Below are positions 1 to 12,979 of a DNA stretch of 64,000 nucleotides, in pieces. This stretch comes from Lama guanicoe (Eukaryota), in contig MU053216.1 of assembly GCA_013239625.1 (NCBI GenBank), positions 2,260,943-2,324,942 of the forward strand, written 5' to 3'. The notes under the pieces were generated by a model that was not told the origin of the DNA, did no database searches, and worked only from the letters and a program-made list of their open reading frames with translations. How positions within the stretch are numbered: position 1 is the first letter of the stretch; each line of letters starts with the position of its first letter. The translations under genes were made by a program, and so were the position numbers.

Positions 1-580
1 TGTGTTCCTGGCTTCTTAGTTAGGTGAGCAGTTGAGATACGGGACTGAACAAGGCTGAGAGCTCCGAGCCCCGTTATGCTGACACATGCAAATAATGCTG
101 GTTAAGTTGGCTGCTGAATACTGCTCCAGTAGACTAGTTATGAAAATAATTTGGGGTTTTTTCCTTTGCAGTTTTAACGTCAACTGTTTCTCAGTCAACA
201 GGGCCTTTATTTTGTTGGCATGCCTTTTCTTTAATGGAAAACTTTATGTATTCGACATACCTTGTTGAGTTTTGACCATTTCTTTGGGCTGCTTTTGAAA
301 AATTTAATTAAATATATCAACTCTACATCATAATATCCATTTCATGAACTGCAAAATAGTAACTCCCTGATAGCTAGAAAATGTATTGCTTTTTTTTTTT
401 GCATTTCACAATAATTACTGAACAATGTTAAAGAATCTTTGAAAAATTTGTAGGAAGAATTGAATAGGTAGTTGAAACATAGTTTAAATTCTTCAAGGTA
501 TTTGTGCTTCATAAACCACATCAGATGTTTACAGGAAGGTGGTTTGTTCTCTTCAACTTCAACTTAAAATTAAATAAGGC

Positions 581-1713
581 ATTTTTAAATTGAAGTATAG
601 TTGATTTATAATGTATTAGTTGCTGGTGTGCAGCAAAGTGATTCAGTTATAATTCAGACTCCTTTCCATTATAGGTGACTACAAGATATTGAATACAGTT
701 CCCTGTGCTGTACAGCAGGTCCTTGGTGTTCATCTATTTTATATACAGTGATGTGTATCTGTTAATCCCAAACTCCTAATTTATCCCTACCTCCCAATTT
801 CCCCTTTGGTTACCATAAGTGTTTTCTATGTCTGTGAGTCTATTTCTGTTTTGTAAATCAGTTCATTTGTATCATTTTTTTAGATTCCATCTAAAATATT
901 ATCTAAATATTTGTCTTATCTGATTTCTTTACTTGTTATTACAATCTCCAGGTCCTTCCATGTTGCTGCAAATGGCGTTATTTCATTCTTTTTATGCTGA
1001 GTACTGTTCCATTGTGTGTGTGTGTGTGTGTATATATATACACCACGTATTGTTTATCCATTCATGCGTCGGTGGACATTTAGGTTGCTTCCACGTCTTG
1101 GCTGTTGTAAATAGTGCTGCTGTGAACACTGGGGTGCATGTGTCTTTTTGAATCAGAGTTTTTGTCTTTTCTGGATGTATACTCAGGAGTGGGACTGCTG
1201 GATCACATGGTAAGTCTAGTTTTAATTTATTGAGGAACCTCCACACTATTTTCCACAGTGGCTGCACCAGTTTACATTCCCACCAACAGTGCAGGAGGGT
1301 TCCCTTTTCTCCACACGCTCTCCAGAATTTATTATTTGTAGACTTTTTGATGATGGCCATTCTGACCAGTGTGAGGTGATACCTCATTGTAGCTTTGAGT
1401 TGCACTTCTCTGATAATTAGCGATGCTGAGTATCTTTTCACATGTCTGTTGGCCATCTGGATGTCTTCTTTGGAGAAATATCCATTTAGATCTTTTGCTC
1501 ATTTTTTAATTGGGTTGTTTATTTTTTCATATTAAGCTATGTGCGCTGTTTGTATATCTTGGAAATTAATTCCTTGTCAGTTGCATCATTTGCAAATATT
1601 TTCTCCCATTCTCTAGGTTGTCTTTTCATTTTGTTTATGGTTTCCTTTGCTGTGCAAAAGCTTTTAAGTTTAATTAAGTCCCATTTGTTTTACTTTTATT
1701 TCCATAACTCTAG
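581..1713 (-). mobile_element. LINE-1 3' portion (ORF2 C-terminus + 3'UTR), 5'-truncated
   Basis: ORF 992..1456(-) reads as L1 ORF2 C-terminus ([16 protein letters not shown]...[13 protein letters not shown]...KTWKQPKCP). Typical L1 3' tip TTGAAGTATAGTTGATTTA at about 590. Confidence 0.95.
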
Positions 1714-1956
1714 TTTGGGATTAACAGATACACATCACTATATATAAAACAGATAAATAACAAAGACCTACTGTAGAGCACAGGGAACTAACTGTATTCA
1801 GTATCTTGTAATAACCTGTAATTTCAGTTCTTATTTCAACCTACGGATATATATATATATATGTGTGTGAATGTATATATAGAACTGAATCATTTTTCTG
1901 TATACATGAAACTAATACAACATTATAAATCAACTATACTTCAATTAAAAAAAAAA
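1714..1956 (+). mobile_element. LINE-1 3'UTR tip with A-tail, head-to-head with the previous element
   Basis: TTTGGGATTAACAGATACAC...GACCTACTGTAGAGCACAGGGAACTA...ATCAACTATACTTCAATT followed by A10. Reverse complement of 585-775. Contains (TA)n at about 1847-1862. Confidence 0.92.
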
Positions 1957-4900
1957 CCCTTCTCATCTGCCCAGGATAATGGTATTTAATCTTCTTTTGA
2001 GGAACTAAAACCCTCAAAACTCGTAAAAATGCAAGTAATTTTCTGACATTTTCACTGCTAGTAAGTGGCAGAGCTAGGATATGAATAAAGTGCATCTACA
2101 GTGTAACTTCCATCACCTTCGCATTGTCCTGAGAACTTCTTTGCTGTCTGCTGGCTTCACGACATTGAGGGCAACATCCAGTGCATCACCAGTGAGACAT
2201 AGGCTGGATCCACAACGTGGACCCTAGTATATTGCAAGGCTCCTTGTAACAGGGTTTTCAGTTGTAAAGTCTGCATCTCCCTGTTTGAGGCTGAAGGCAT
2301 GGATTATCTCCGCTGTCTCACTGGGAGAGTGATGCTGTCATGCAGATTTCTCTGTTGTGCCTCCTAGACCCCACGACCCTGTCTTAGGCAGAGATGTGCC
2401 CACAATTTCACGTGAGTCAAGCATGGAACAGACAGAATTGTGTAACAGCTTCTTTCCTGAAAGAGACTTCTCTGACAGGGTTAAAATCAAAAAGAGAAGT
2501 ACCCGCGTCTTACCATGAAATAGAATTGCCTTCAAGAGATGAGACGGGACCACTTCAGTCTTCACATTTAGTGCTACTTGCAATTTCCCCCGGCAAGTCT
2601 GCGTGCTGGCGCACAACGCAGCATATTCAACCAGTGCGGGAGAACAGCTGTACTGATCAGACACAGACTCTAAAAGTGGATGAAATGGCAGTATTGTGTC
2701 ATCAAATCTTCCAGCCCAGGAGCAAGTGATAAGATGTGGATTTTTTTCCATTTGCAGGTGCAATCATTTACAACTAAATGGCAGGAATGCCTCTCACACA
2801 AGCAGTTAATAGGGCCTAGAATTTTCCCAGTAACCAGATGGCATGCATTTCATACCAAGCTTGTTGAAATAAGAACTAAAATCATCTGCCAGTAAGTTGC
2901 ATGGAAGTTTTCCACAGTCTCCTTAGGTGACCTCATTTATGATTTTGAATTTTTTGAGGTCAGAAAGCTTATAAATATTCAGTCCTTGGTGACTCACTCT
3001 CAGGGCTATGGTGGAGCAATTATAGAATAATTCTAGTTAGCCGTCATTGAAAATATTCTAACTTTACCTTAGCTTATGTTAGGCTATGCTTTTTTTTCTT
3101 TTTCTTATTACCTTCTGCTTGTTTTCAATACAGTCCTTACTCAAAGTGCCACTTAAAGACGGTGAGTCTAAAAAGCCACGGACATATTCTCTTTGACTGG
3201 AGACATTTTCACTCTGAATCCAAAACTGGAGAGCAGATGAAAGCACTGAAATTGTACTTAAATGTTTTTCATTATAGCGAACATCGCTGTGACTTCAACA
3301 GCACCCGTTACTTCGTCACCTACGACTGACGTCCTGATTTCCTCTCCCCATCCCTGGTTGGAGGGGGAGGTCCTAGTTGGATGTGTTCTGGATCTGAGCA
3401 CTGGGAACACATCGCAGGGTGATGGAAGGTCATGTGTCCCAAGCCAGCCAGTCAGAGCGAGAGAAACACAACTGCGGCGTTTTTGTTGACATAAGGAAGA
3501 AATGCTTTTCTTTTTCTTTAGACTTAAAGCTTATAGAATGTAACCATGAGATGCTGGTGGTCACTGGGTACCACGTAAGGGAGCTTGTCTGACAAAAAAG
3601 CTGAAAGAGTAGAAAGATGACTTCAGAGATGAAGTAAGAAAGAGGGAGAGAGAGGGATCTGGAGGAGGACGAGAAGGGGCCCCGGATGGGGCGGGAGCCC
3701 AGTTCACCCAAAAGACACAAAGCAACCTCTGCTTAATAAGCCTGTGTGCGCGCGGCTTTCTGCTGCTTGGAACTACAAGTCTTGAGTCTTATATGTAGCA
3801 AATGCCACTTGTGCTCTGACTCTGGAGAAACAATAATATATTCCCAGGCATTGATTAAACTATATGGGAATTTTCTACTTGGATTTAAAATAGAATTCTT
3901 TTTCTTAGAAATATGAGTTGAATTCTCATTCCATCTAAGTAAACCGAGTTACAGCACGTCTGCTTCCCAGGCTCACATTTGGAGGCGGCCCAGTGAGGAG
4001 GGGGGGGCTGCAGGGGAAAACTGTTCTCTTGTCGGACACTCACACGCGGGGGAGACTGCCCACCAGCTGCAGCGGCGTGGTTTCCGCACGTAAAGGAAAG
4101 CACGTGGCTTTGATGCCCTTCTTCCTAAACAAAACATGTTCGACTTCCTCTGCCCTTCTGGGCTCAGGGTCCAGCCCCATCTGCCATGTGTGGCCCTGAC
4201 CACACTGACGTGGCGTCACCAGGCTGTCCGTCCACGGCTCGCAGTGACTGTCCCCGGCCGCCCCTCCTCACGCCAGCGCTTCTCTTTGTGTACGTCTCAC
4301 TCACACTTTGTGTGCGTCTCCAGAGTCTCAAGCTGATCCTTTTACTGCATTCTTTCCACCTCTCTAAGGACTTTGCCACTTACACATGCTTTTTTATGTT
4401 TAGCATCTTTCCTATTTCAAGCAACTGGCTTTTTCCTTTTTCCTTCGAGTATCAAAAAACAAAATCAAATCAAACTTGCCTCGGGAGAAGAGCAGCCTGA
4501 GTGCCATCCCCCGCCAGGTCCTGCAGCACAAGGAGCCATCGGGACCGTCTGCCTGTGTCTCCCGCTGAAGGGAAATAGAATTTGTATCATTTTTTTTTAG
4601 ATTCCACATTGAATGATGTGGCTTATTAGTGAATAAATTGAATAATTGAGTAAATTAATGGAATCGCCAAGTGCTACTTCTCTTAAAGGTATCTCTCCCT
4701 CCCTCTATCCTGCTCAGGACCCCAGCTTGAACTTGCACCTGCGGGCACATAATTCCCTCCATGAAGTCCCCAAACTGGATGCCCAACTTCTAGGCTGTTG
4801 CCCTTATGATTCATTGTGTAGTTGAGTTTTCTAAGATCCTTGTTCAGTTATCACCCTACGATGGCTTTTGATCTCCTGTGATTTTAGTCCAAACTGCTCA

Positions 4901-5331
4901 TTTTGGCTCTGAAAGATCCCCATCAGCAGGCGCCCCTCCCCCCCCAGCCCGATCTCTCACTGCTCCTGGCGCTGACCCTCTGTTCCTGAGCTGGGGTCCT
5001 CATCCCGACCACAGGCCAAGTGCACTGGACATCTTCCTGCGTGTCTCAGCATCCTGGAGTCCCTGAAGCTTCGTAGAGCAGAAACCTGCTTACGCTGCTC
5101 CTTTATACTGCGTCCTGCAGTGGCTCCCTGGCCTTCGGAATAAAAGACAGTCTCTTCATCAGTGTGCTTATAGAGGCAGCCGCCTTTCACCTGCTGTGCT
5201 GGGCAGGCGTGGACAAGACACGGTTCTGGCTCTGAACGTCCTCACAGTTTTACAACACGTGTCCTGTGAACTTGGCCCCCGCCTCTGCTGGAGTCCTGTT
5301 CTTCAGCCTTACTTAGTTAATTCCCTCAGTT

Positions 5332-6298
5332 CTCCAGTTCGTTTTCATTATAGGTTATTACAAAACATTGAATATAGTTCCCTGTGCTCTACAGCAGGCC
5401 CTTGTTGCTTATCTGTTATGTGTAGAGTAACATGTGTCTGTAATCCCCAGCCCCTAATTTGTCCCTCCCCATCCTTTCCCCTTTGGTAACCATAGTTTGT
5501 TTACTATGTCCGTGAATCTTTTGGTTTGTAAATAGAACTTGTATCTTTTTTTCCCTTAGATTACACATATAAGTGATATCATATGATACTTGTCTTTCTC
5601 TGACTTACTTCACTCAATATGATCATCTCTGGGTCCATCTATGTTGCTGTAAAGGGCATTATTTCATTTTTTTATGTATGAGTAATATTCTTTATTCTTC
5701 TTTATCCAGTCCTCTGTCAGTGGACATTTAGGTTGTCTCCATGTCTTGGCTGTTGTAAATGGTGCTGCTGTGAACACTGGGGTACATGTGTCTTTTCAGA
5801 TTAGTTTTCTCCTGATGTGTGCCCAGGAGTGGGATTGCTGGATCATATGGTAAGTCTATTTTTAGTTTTTAAGAAACCTCCATACTGTTCTCCACAGTGG
5901 CTGCACCAGTTTACACTCCCACCAGCAGTGTAGAGGAGGGCTCCTGTTTCTCTGTACCTCCTGCAACAATTATTATTTGTAGCCATTTTAATGATGGCCA
6001 TTCTGACTGGTGTGAGATGATACCTCATTGTAGTTTTGATTTGCTTTTCTCAATTAATGATGTTGAGCATCTTTTCATGGGCCTGTTGTCCATCTGGGTG
6101 TCTTCTCGGAGAAATGTCTATTTAGGTCTTCTCCCTATTTTTTGATTGGGTTGCTTTTTTTTTGATATTAAGCTGTATGAGCTGTTTGTATATTTTAGAA
6201 ATTCATCCCTTGTCAGTTGTGTCATTTGCAAATAATTTCCTTCCATTCTGTAGGTTGTCTTTTCATTTTGTTTGTGGTTTCTTTTGCTGTGCAGAAGC
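5332..6298 (-). mobile_element. LINE-1 3' portion (ORF2 C-terminus + 3'UTR)
   Basis: ORF 5843..6028(-) [14 protein letters not shown]. Colinear with the 581-1713 copy. Confidence 0.95.
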
Positions 6299-6458
6299 CC
6301 AAGGACCTACTCTAGAGCACAGGGAATGGTATTGAATTGCTCATAATAACAGAATGGAAAGGAGTCTGAAAAGAAAATACATACATGTATGTGTATATGT
6401 AGAACAATCGCTGTCATGCACCTGAAACCAACACTGTGAATCAACTATGTCAACAAAA
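6299..6458 (+). mobile_element. LINE-1 3'UTR tip
   Basis: CAAGGACCTACTCTAGAGCACAGGGAA...CACCTGAAACCAACACTGTGAATCAACTAT, same family as 1714-1956. Confidence 0.88.
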
Positions 6459-8058
6459 GCTTTTCAAAAAGAACAACTACAGTAGTCAGTAGGGGGATAG
6501 AGAAGAAGACGTAAAGTATGACATCAAAAACACAAAGTGTGGGGGAAAGGAGTAAAAAAATGTAGATCTTTTAGAATGCATTTGAAGTTAAAGGGCTACC
6601 TATTTAAAACAAATATATATGGTTATAGGTCAACATATATGAATCCCATCCCATGGTAACCACAAATTAAAAATCTACAATATATACACAAAAACGAGTG
6701 GTATGTTTGTGTTCCTTTCTCTGTAAAGAAGATCATCAACCACAAGGGAAGAGACTCAATGAAAAGAACAGAGAAGAACTACAGAAAGATATCAAGAAAA
6801 CAGTTAACAAAATGGCAATAAGGATACACTGATCAATAATTACTTTAAATGCCAATGGAATAAGTTCTCCAATCAGAAGATGTAAGGTGGCTAATTGGAT
6901 TTAAAAAACAAGGTTTTATAGCAATACAGGCGTCCCTCAACAAGCAAGAAAAAATCTCAAATATTAAAAACCTAGGCTTCCATCAAAAGGAATTGGAAAA
7001 AGAACAAAGCTGTAAGTTAGCAGAAGAAAGGACATAATAAAGATCAGAGAGGAAATAAAATAGAGATAAAAAAATAGAAAACATCAATGAAACCAAGAGG
7101 TAGATCTTTGAAAAGATTAAAAAAAACTGATAAATCTTTAGCCAAGAAGAAAAGAAAAAAAACCCCAAATTAACAAAATAAGAGATAAAAAAATTGTAAG
7201 AGAATACATGAACTGTTATGCAAAGTGGACAACCTAGAAGAAATGGACACATTTGTAGGAACATACAACTTCCAAGACTGAACTAGAAAGAAATAGAAAT
7301 CTAAACGGACTGATAATAAGTAGTGAAATTACATTTGTAAGAAAAAATTCACAACAAACAGAAGTCCAGGGCAGGACGGCTTCACAAGGGAAATTCTACC
7401 AAACATACAAAGAAGAGCTAATGCCTGTCCTCAAACTATTCCAAAAAAATTGAAGAGAATGTAATACTGACAAATTTATTCTAAAAGGCCACCATTAATA
7501 CTACAAAAAAAGAATTACAGGCCAACATTGCTGATGAATGTAGATGCAAAAACCCTTAACAAGATACCAGCAAATTGAATTCAGTGATATGTAAAAAGGA
7601 TCTTAACATCACGATGAAGTGAGATTTGTTCCAGGGATGCAGGCATGGGTCAGTGTTCTCAAGTCGGTCAGTGTGATGCACACATTAACAAAAGGAGGGA
7701 TAAACGTCACATGGCACCTCGACAGATGCAGAAATAGCATTTCCCAGAATTTCAACATCCATTCGTGTTAAAAGCTCTCAAGAAAGTGGGCGTAGAGGGA
7801 ACATGCTTCAACATAATAAAGGCCATTTATGGCAAACCCACCCCTAACACATTCAGTGGTGAATAGCTGAAAGCTGTTCTTCTAAAATCAGGAACAACAC
7901 AAGGATGCCCACTCTCGCCACTTCTATTTAACAGAGTATTAGAAGTTCTAACCACAGCAGACAACAAAAACGAAAGGCATTCAAATAGAAAGGGAAGAAA
8001 TAAAACTGCCACTGTTTGCAAATGACATGACACTATATACATAGAAAACCGTAAGGGC

Positions 8059-8062
<4 letters not shown>

Positions 8063-8104
<42 letters not shown>

Positions 8105-8142
8105 ACACACACACAGACACACACAGAGACACAGACATACAC
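8063..8142. repeat. (CA)n / (CAGA) compound microsatellite inside L1
   Basis: Direct reading of the sequence. Confidence 0.97.
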
Positions 8143-8827
8143 AAACTATTAGAACAAATAACTAAATGCAGTAAAGTTGCAGGATACAAGATTAATATAC
8201 AGAAATCTCTTCTTTTCCACACACTTACAAGAAACAATCCGAAAGAGAAGTTAAGGAAACAGTTCCATTTACAATCACATCAAAAAGAATAAAACACCTA
8301 GGAATAAACTTAACTAAGGAGGTGAAGTAACTATATTCTAAAAACTATAAAACATTGATAAAGAAATTTGAAAGTGATACAAAGAAATGGAAAGATAATT
8401 TGTGCTCTTGGACTGGAAGAATTAATATTCTTTAAATGGCCATACTACCCAAAGCCATCTACAGACTTAGTGCCGTCCCTTTCAAAATACCCATGACATT
8501 CTTCACAGAACTCGAACAAATAACCCTGATTCAAATGGAACCACCAGAGACCCCAAACTGCCACAGAGATCTTGAAAACGAAGAACAAACCTGGGGGCAT
8601 CGTGCTTCCTGCCAGCAGACGACACTGTAAAGCTACAGTGACCGCAGCAGCAGGGCGCTGGCACAGACACGGACTCACAGGTCAGCGTAACAGAGAGCGG
8701 ATGTAAACCCACACACCTGTGGTCGATTAATTTATGACAAAGGAGGCAAAAGTATACGATGGAGAAAAGACGATCTTCAGAAAGCTAAAAATAGAACTAC
8801 TATACAATCCGGCAATTCCCCTGCTGG

Positions 8828-8828
<1 letters not shown>

Positions 8829-8876
<48 letters not shown>
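8829..8876. repeat. (TG)n(TA)n(CA)n microsatellite inside L1 ORF2
   Basis: Direct reading. Produces the spurious YIYIYI run in the ORF track. Confidence 0.97.
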
Positions 8877-9499
8877 AAGAAAATTAAAACACTCATTAAA
8901 AAAGATACATGCACCCCAGTTGTTCATAGTAGCATTGTTTACAACTCTCATGATATGAGAACCCATCAGCAGATGAATGGATAAAGATGTTGTGTGTATA
9001 TGTGCGTGTCTATATATATGTATGTACACACACACACACACACACACAATGGAATACTACTTAGCCTTAAAAGGGAATGACATTCTGCCATTTGCAACAG
9101 CATGGATGGACCTAGAGCATATTATGCTTAGTGAACCAAGTCAGACAGAGAAAGACACATATCCTATGCTACCATTTACATGTGGAATCTAAGAAATAAA
9201 ACAAATCTATTTAATGAAACAGAAACAGACTCACAGATACAGAGAACAGACTAGCAGGAGAGGCCTGGGTAGGGGGCACGGTGGGAACATGGGGTTCAGG
9301 GACACAGACTATTGTGTATAAAATAAACATGCAACGAGCATATAAGGCACAGGGGATAACAGCTACTGTCCTGTAAGAACTCAAAATGGATTATAATCTA
9401 TAAGCATACTGAATCACTATATTGTACACCTGAAACTAATATAATATTGTAAATCAACTATACTTCAGTTTAAGAAATTAAAATAGGATTAAAAAAAAG

Positions 9500-10230
9500 C
9501 ACTAAATGTAGAAGAAATTATCAGTACACTGGACTTTATTAAATTTTTCTATTCCTTCAAAAACACTATTAAGAAAGTAAAGGGCAAGCATACCACAGAC
9601 CAGTAAAAGGTATTTCAAAGCTATAAAGCTTTTCAGGATTTCTGAAAACTTTAAAATTAATAATAAAAGATCATTCAAAAAAATATAAGCAAAGACTTGA
9701 AAGGACATTTCATGAAGGAAGATATAAAACTGGACATTAAACATATGTTGATTATCATTCAGCAACAGAAAAAATGCAAATTAAAATCACAAGATAACAC
9801 TATTTCCACTATGGCTAAAATTAAAAATCAGTGTCAAGTTTGTGCACCTCTGAATTCAGTGACGCTCCCTTACACTGATCATAGGTGTATGGCATGATAC
9901 GAATGTTTTAGGAACCTTTTAGGTAGAACCTCCTAAAATAAGTATTCCTGTATCCAGGAATGGAATTGAGCAATTAATTCCTTTCTCGAACAAAGTCCCA
10001 ACCAAAATAAATGCTTATATCCAACCAAAGACATGGTTAAGAAAATTTACAGCATCTTTACTCACAATATCTCCAAATCATAAGCAACTCAATTTTTCAC
10101 ATGCAGCGGATGGAGGAAATAGACTGGAACATTCACACAACGGAGTACTATGCAGCAACGCAAAAGAGCAGACTGACGCAACCACAGCAGGGACGATGCC
10201 CCCATCCGGAGGAGGGAAGGAAGCCAGACA
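9500..10230 (+). mobile_element. Ancient LINE-1 (L1M-type) ORF2 3' remnant
   Basis: Degenerate motifs GCAAAGACTTGAAAGGACATTTCATGAAGGAAGATATA (KDLKGHFMKEDI), AAATGCAAATTAAAATCACAA, ATTCACACAACGGAGTACTATGCAGCAA. Confidence 0.8.
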
Positions 10231-11902
10231 AGTCTAGTCCGAGGGTTTTGGTGACGCTGTCAGAGTGGGGCCCTTACAGGGGAGGGATGGAAGGGAAGGC
10301 TGCAGGGCTGAGTAGAATCACCTATGAAGCCAGAGTAGATAAACAGAGGAGTCCCTGAAAGGATGTTGACAGGAAGCCTTTGGTGAAGTCAGAGCACTTG
10401 TTTACGCAAGACGGATGCTGACACACTTTCGATATAGATACGGTCAATTCCTGCAAACAGTGTGCAGGGCACCCAGCATCAGGGACAGAGAATGAAGCCC
10501 TGGGCTGGAGGAGGACCCTGAGCCCCGCCAGAGCAGTTTCAGCGGGGCTGCGGGGTCCAGAGGGTGCAGACAAGGACTGCACACGGGAACGTGGAAGGCA
10601 TTTGTTACGGGTTTTGTGAAAGGGACAGAGAAATGGGGACGGACAATGGGATGCAGATGGGGAAGCTGAGGGACTTTCTTATGACAGAAACCATCATCAC
10701 ATACTATGCTGACTCAGTTAAAAGGGGAGTTTTAGAGATGTGTGGAGGTAGGAGGCAGGACGTTGTCAGGAGCCAAGTCCTTGCAGAGTGACAGGATTTT
10801 TCTGGTGAAACCTTGTTTTGATCACAAATACATGTGATTCCTGTTGCCGCTGACTTGACAGAGAAATTCCAGCCGCACAAATGCGGGAGCCTGGCTTACG
10901 TTCCGTAACTTTCTAGGCGGAGTGTTTCGCTGACAGAGTTGTCCTGACACACCATCAGTCCAGGGGCGCGTGGCTGCCTCACAAGTAGGGTCGGGGTGAG
11001 CTGCCCCGGTTCCGTGAGGCGACGCGGCAGCAAGGGTGCCCTTCCACCGCGAAAACGTATTAGAACAGGAGGCCCCCGGAAAGCTGCTGCGCTGCCGAGT
11101 GGGGAAGTGTGTCGTTCCTTTAGAAATGGAAGTTTCTCACAGGAAGAAAATGCAGTGAGAGTTTTCTCGTGTTCAATTCAGAATAAACAAACATTACCAT
11201 GGAATAAATGTTTTTTTTTAATCCAAAATACAGCACCATAGGTGTGTTAACTTTAAAAATCTAAGCACTTTTAGATCTTAGGAGAAACAGGAGCACTGAC
11301 TGTGACTATTAAAATGCAAAACAGTTACGATTTTCCCTCACTTTTCTCTGTAAAAGTAAAATAATGGCTGATAATGATTTATGGTTGTTTTTTTCTCTTT
11401 CTCTACTGGGTTTCTTGTTAGTGGAGTGTTAACTTTGTCACATTCCACTTCCAGAGCAGGTGATGATAATTTTTACACCTTGATAAGCACGTCAGTGGAA
11501 ACACAGTGGCCAGTGTCCTCACTGCAACGTCACTAAAAAGGACCTTGACATTGATACTTCCTGGTGTGCTATTTGAACACAGAATCTTTATCTTGTTTAA
11601 CATAATTTTTGCTCACATCTTCTATGATCTTGTTCACATGTGTGTGTAAGGATGAAAGGCCGACACTCACCTGTGTTCATTGACAACTGGGAAGTCAGGA
11701 GAGCACCAGCCCAGAAGCTCAGTCTCAGAAAGGCTGGTTTGGCCCCGGCGGCTGTTTTCGCGTGAATTGTCGGTTGACGCAGACTAGCTGATCTCTTGTG
11801 CACACGTGCATTCTTTTGTTCTTGAAGCTAATTGTTTGGCACTTAGAAGTGTTCATGCCAGAAAGCCATGGTGACAGGCAAACTACTGAATTAAGAAAAT
11901 GT

Positions 11903-11990
11903 TTATGTATATGGATGCCTGGGACATGATGCCGGACACCAGAAACTGACACAGCATTGTAAACGGACTATCCTGCAATTAAATTTTTTT
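11903..11990 (+). mobile_element. Short LINE-1 3' tip
   Basis: GGGACATGATGCCGGACACCAGAAACTGACACAGCATTGTAAACGGACTAT matches the L1 3' terminal motif seen elsewhere in the window. Confidence 0.75.
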
Positions 11991-12282
11991 TTCTTAAAAA
12001 GGAAGAAAATATGGGTCTGCGTAACCAAAATGTGCTCCTTACGGACACCTTCTCGGTGGTGAGCCTTGCTGGGGGCGTTTTCACTTGTGGATGAAAAAAC
12101 CACGAAGGTACATGTTCAGCATGGTTTCAGGTTCCTTGTGTCTTTGACGTGCAGCCTGTGCTTCCAGCCTCCTTGCAGGTAAGAAGCACAGCCCAGGTTG
12201 CAAGCTGTGTTCTGACACCAGCATTGTTGTGTAATGGTGCTGGTTCATGTTTGCCTTGTTTCTTTCTTTCTTTTTTGAGTAA

Positions 12283-12505
12283 TTTAAAACAATTTTATTT
12301 TGTATAGAAGTGTAGTCAGTTTACAATGTCAGTTTCACATGTACAGCAAAGAGAATCAGTTATACACATACATACAAATACATACACTTTTTCAGATTCT
12401 TCTCCATGACAGCTCATCACAAGGAGTTGAACACAGTCCCTGTGCGGTGCAGGAGGTCCTTGTTCATGAGTTTGTATGTAGTGCTGTGTATCTGTTAATC
12501 CCCAA
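12283..12505 (-). mobile_element. Short LINE-1 3' tip
   Basis: GAAGTGTAGTCAGTTTACAATG...GTACAGCAAAGAGAATCAGTTATACA...CAGTCCCTGTGCGGTGCAGGAGGTCCTTGTT. Confidence 0.85.
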
Positions 12506-12979
12506 CACTGAGACCACCTTGTGTCTTCTGCTTACCTCCTTTCTATAAAATATGTTGCTGAAAATCAGAACACACTCCTTACTGTGGCAATGGTATATAT
12601 ATTCAGTAGACCTAATTAAAAATAGATACAATGTATTAAAGTTTATTCAACACCTATATTTGTGTCCACCACACATACAGGTGGTGAAATTTGCAGTAGG
12701 GGGCCGGCCATGATTCTTCTTATTCTCATGTTCCTATTTTTTTTTAACCTCAGAATAGAGAACTTGACTCCAGACATGGGGTGACTCCAAATTAAATTTT
12801 AAATGATGTACAATTCGATTTGTCTTTGTCTTATAAATTGAAGTGATATTCTTGGCAAGAGGAACCAGAGACTCAGCTGGTGGAAAGAAATAACAAATTC
12901 TTCCTTCCCTTGTTTTGTCTGAATCCCTTCCTTCCTCTGTCAGAAATCACAATGCACGCTTCAAAAAGAGTGGTCGTGA

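Larger units (their letters stand above)
6465..9498 (+). mobile_element. LINE-1 (inter-ORF region, degenerate ORF2 with internal deletions, 3'UTR, A-rich tail)
   Basis: ORF2 start-like ATGGCAATAAG...AATTACTTTAAATGCCAATGG at about 6812. RT region TCAGGAACAACACAAGGATGCCCACTCTCGCCACTTCTATTTAAC ([15 protein letters not shown]) at about 7888. ORFs 8436 [10 protein letters not shown], 8734 KLKIELLYNPAIPLLG, 8977 PFATAWMDLEHIMLSE. Confidence 0.95.

Noticed and set aside
2338..2895. Overlapping 141, 111 and 71 aa ORFs in unique sequence
   Set aside because: No recognisable homology or consistent splice structure, and within chance expectation.
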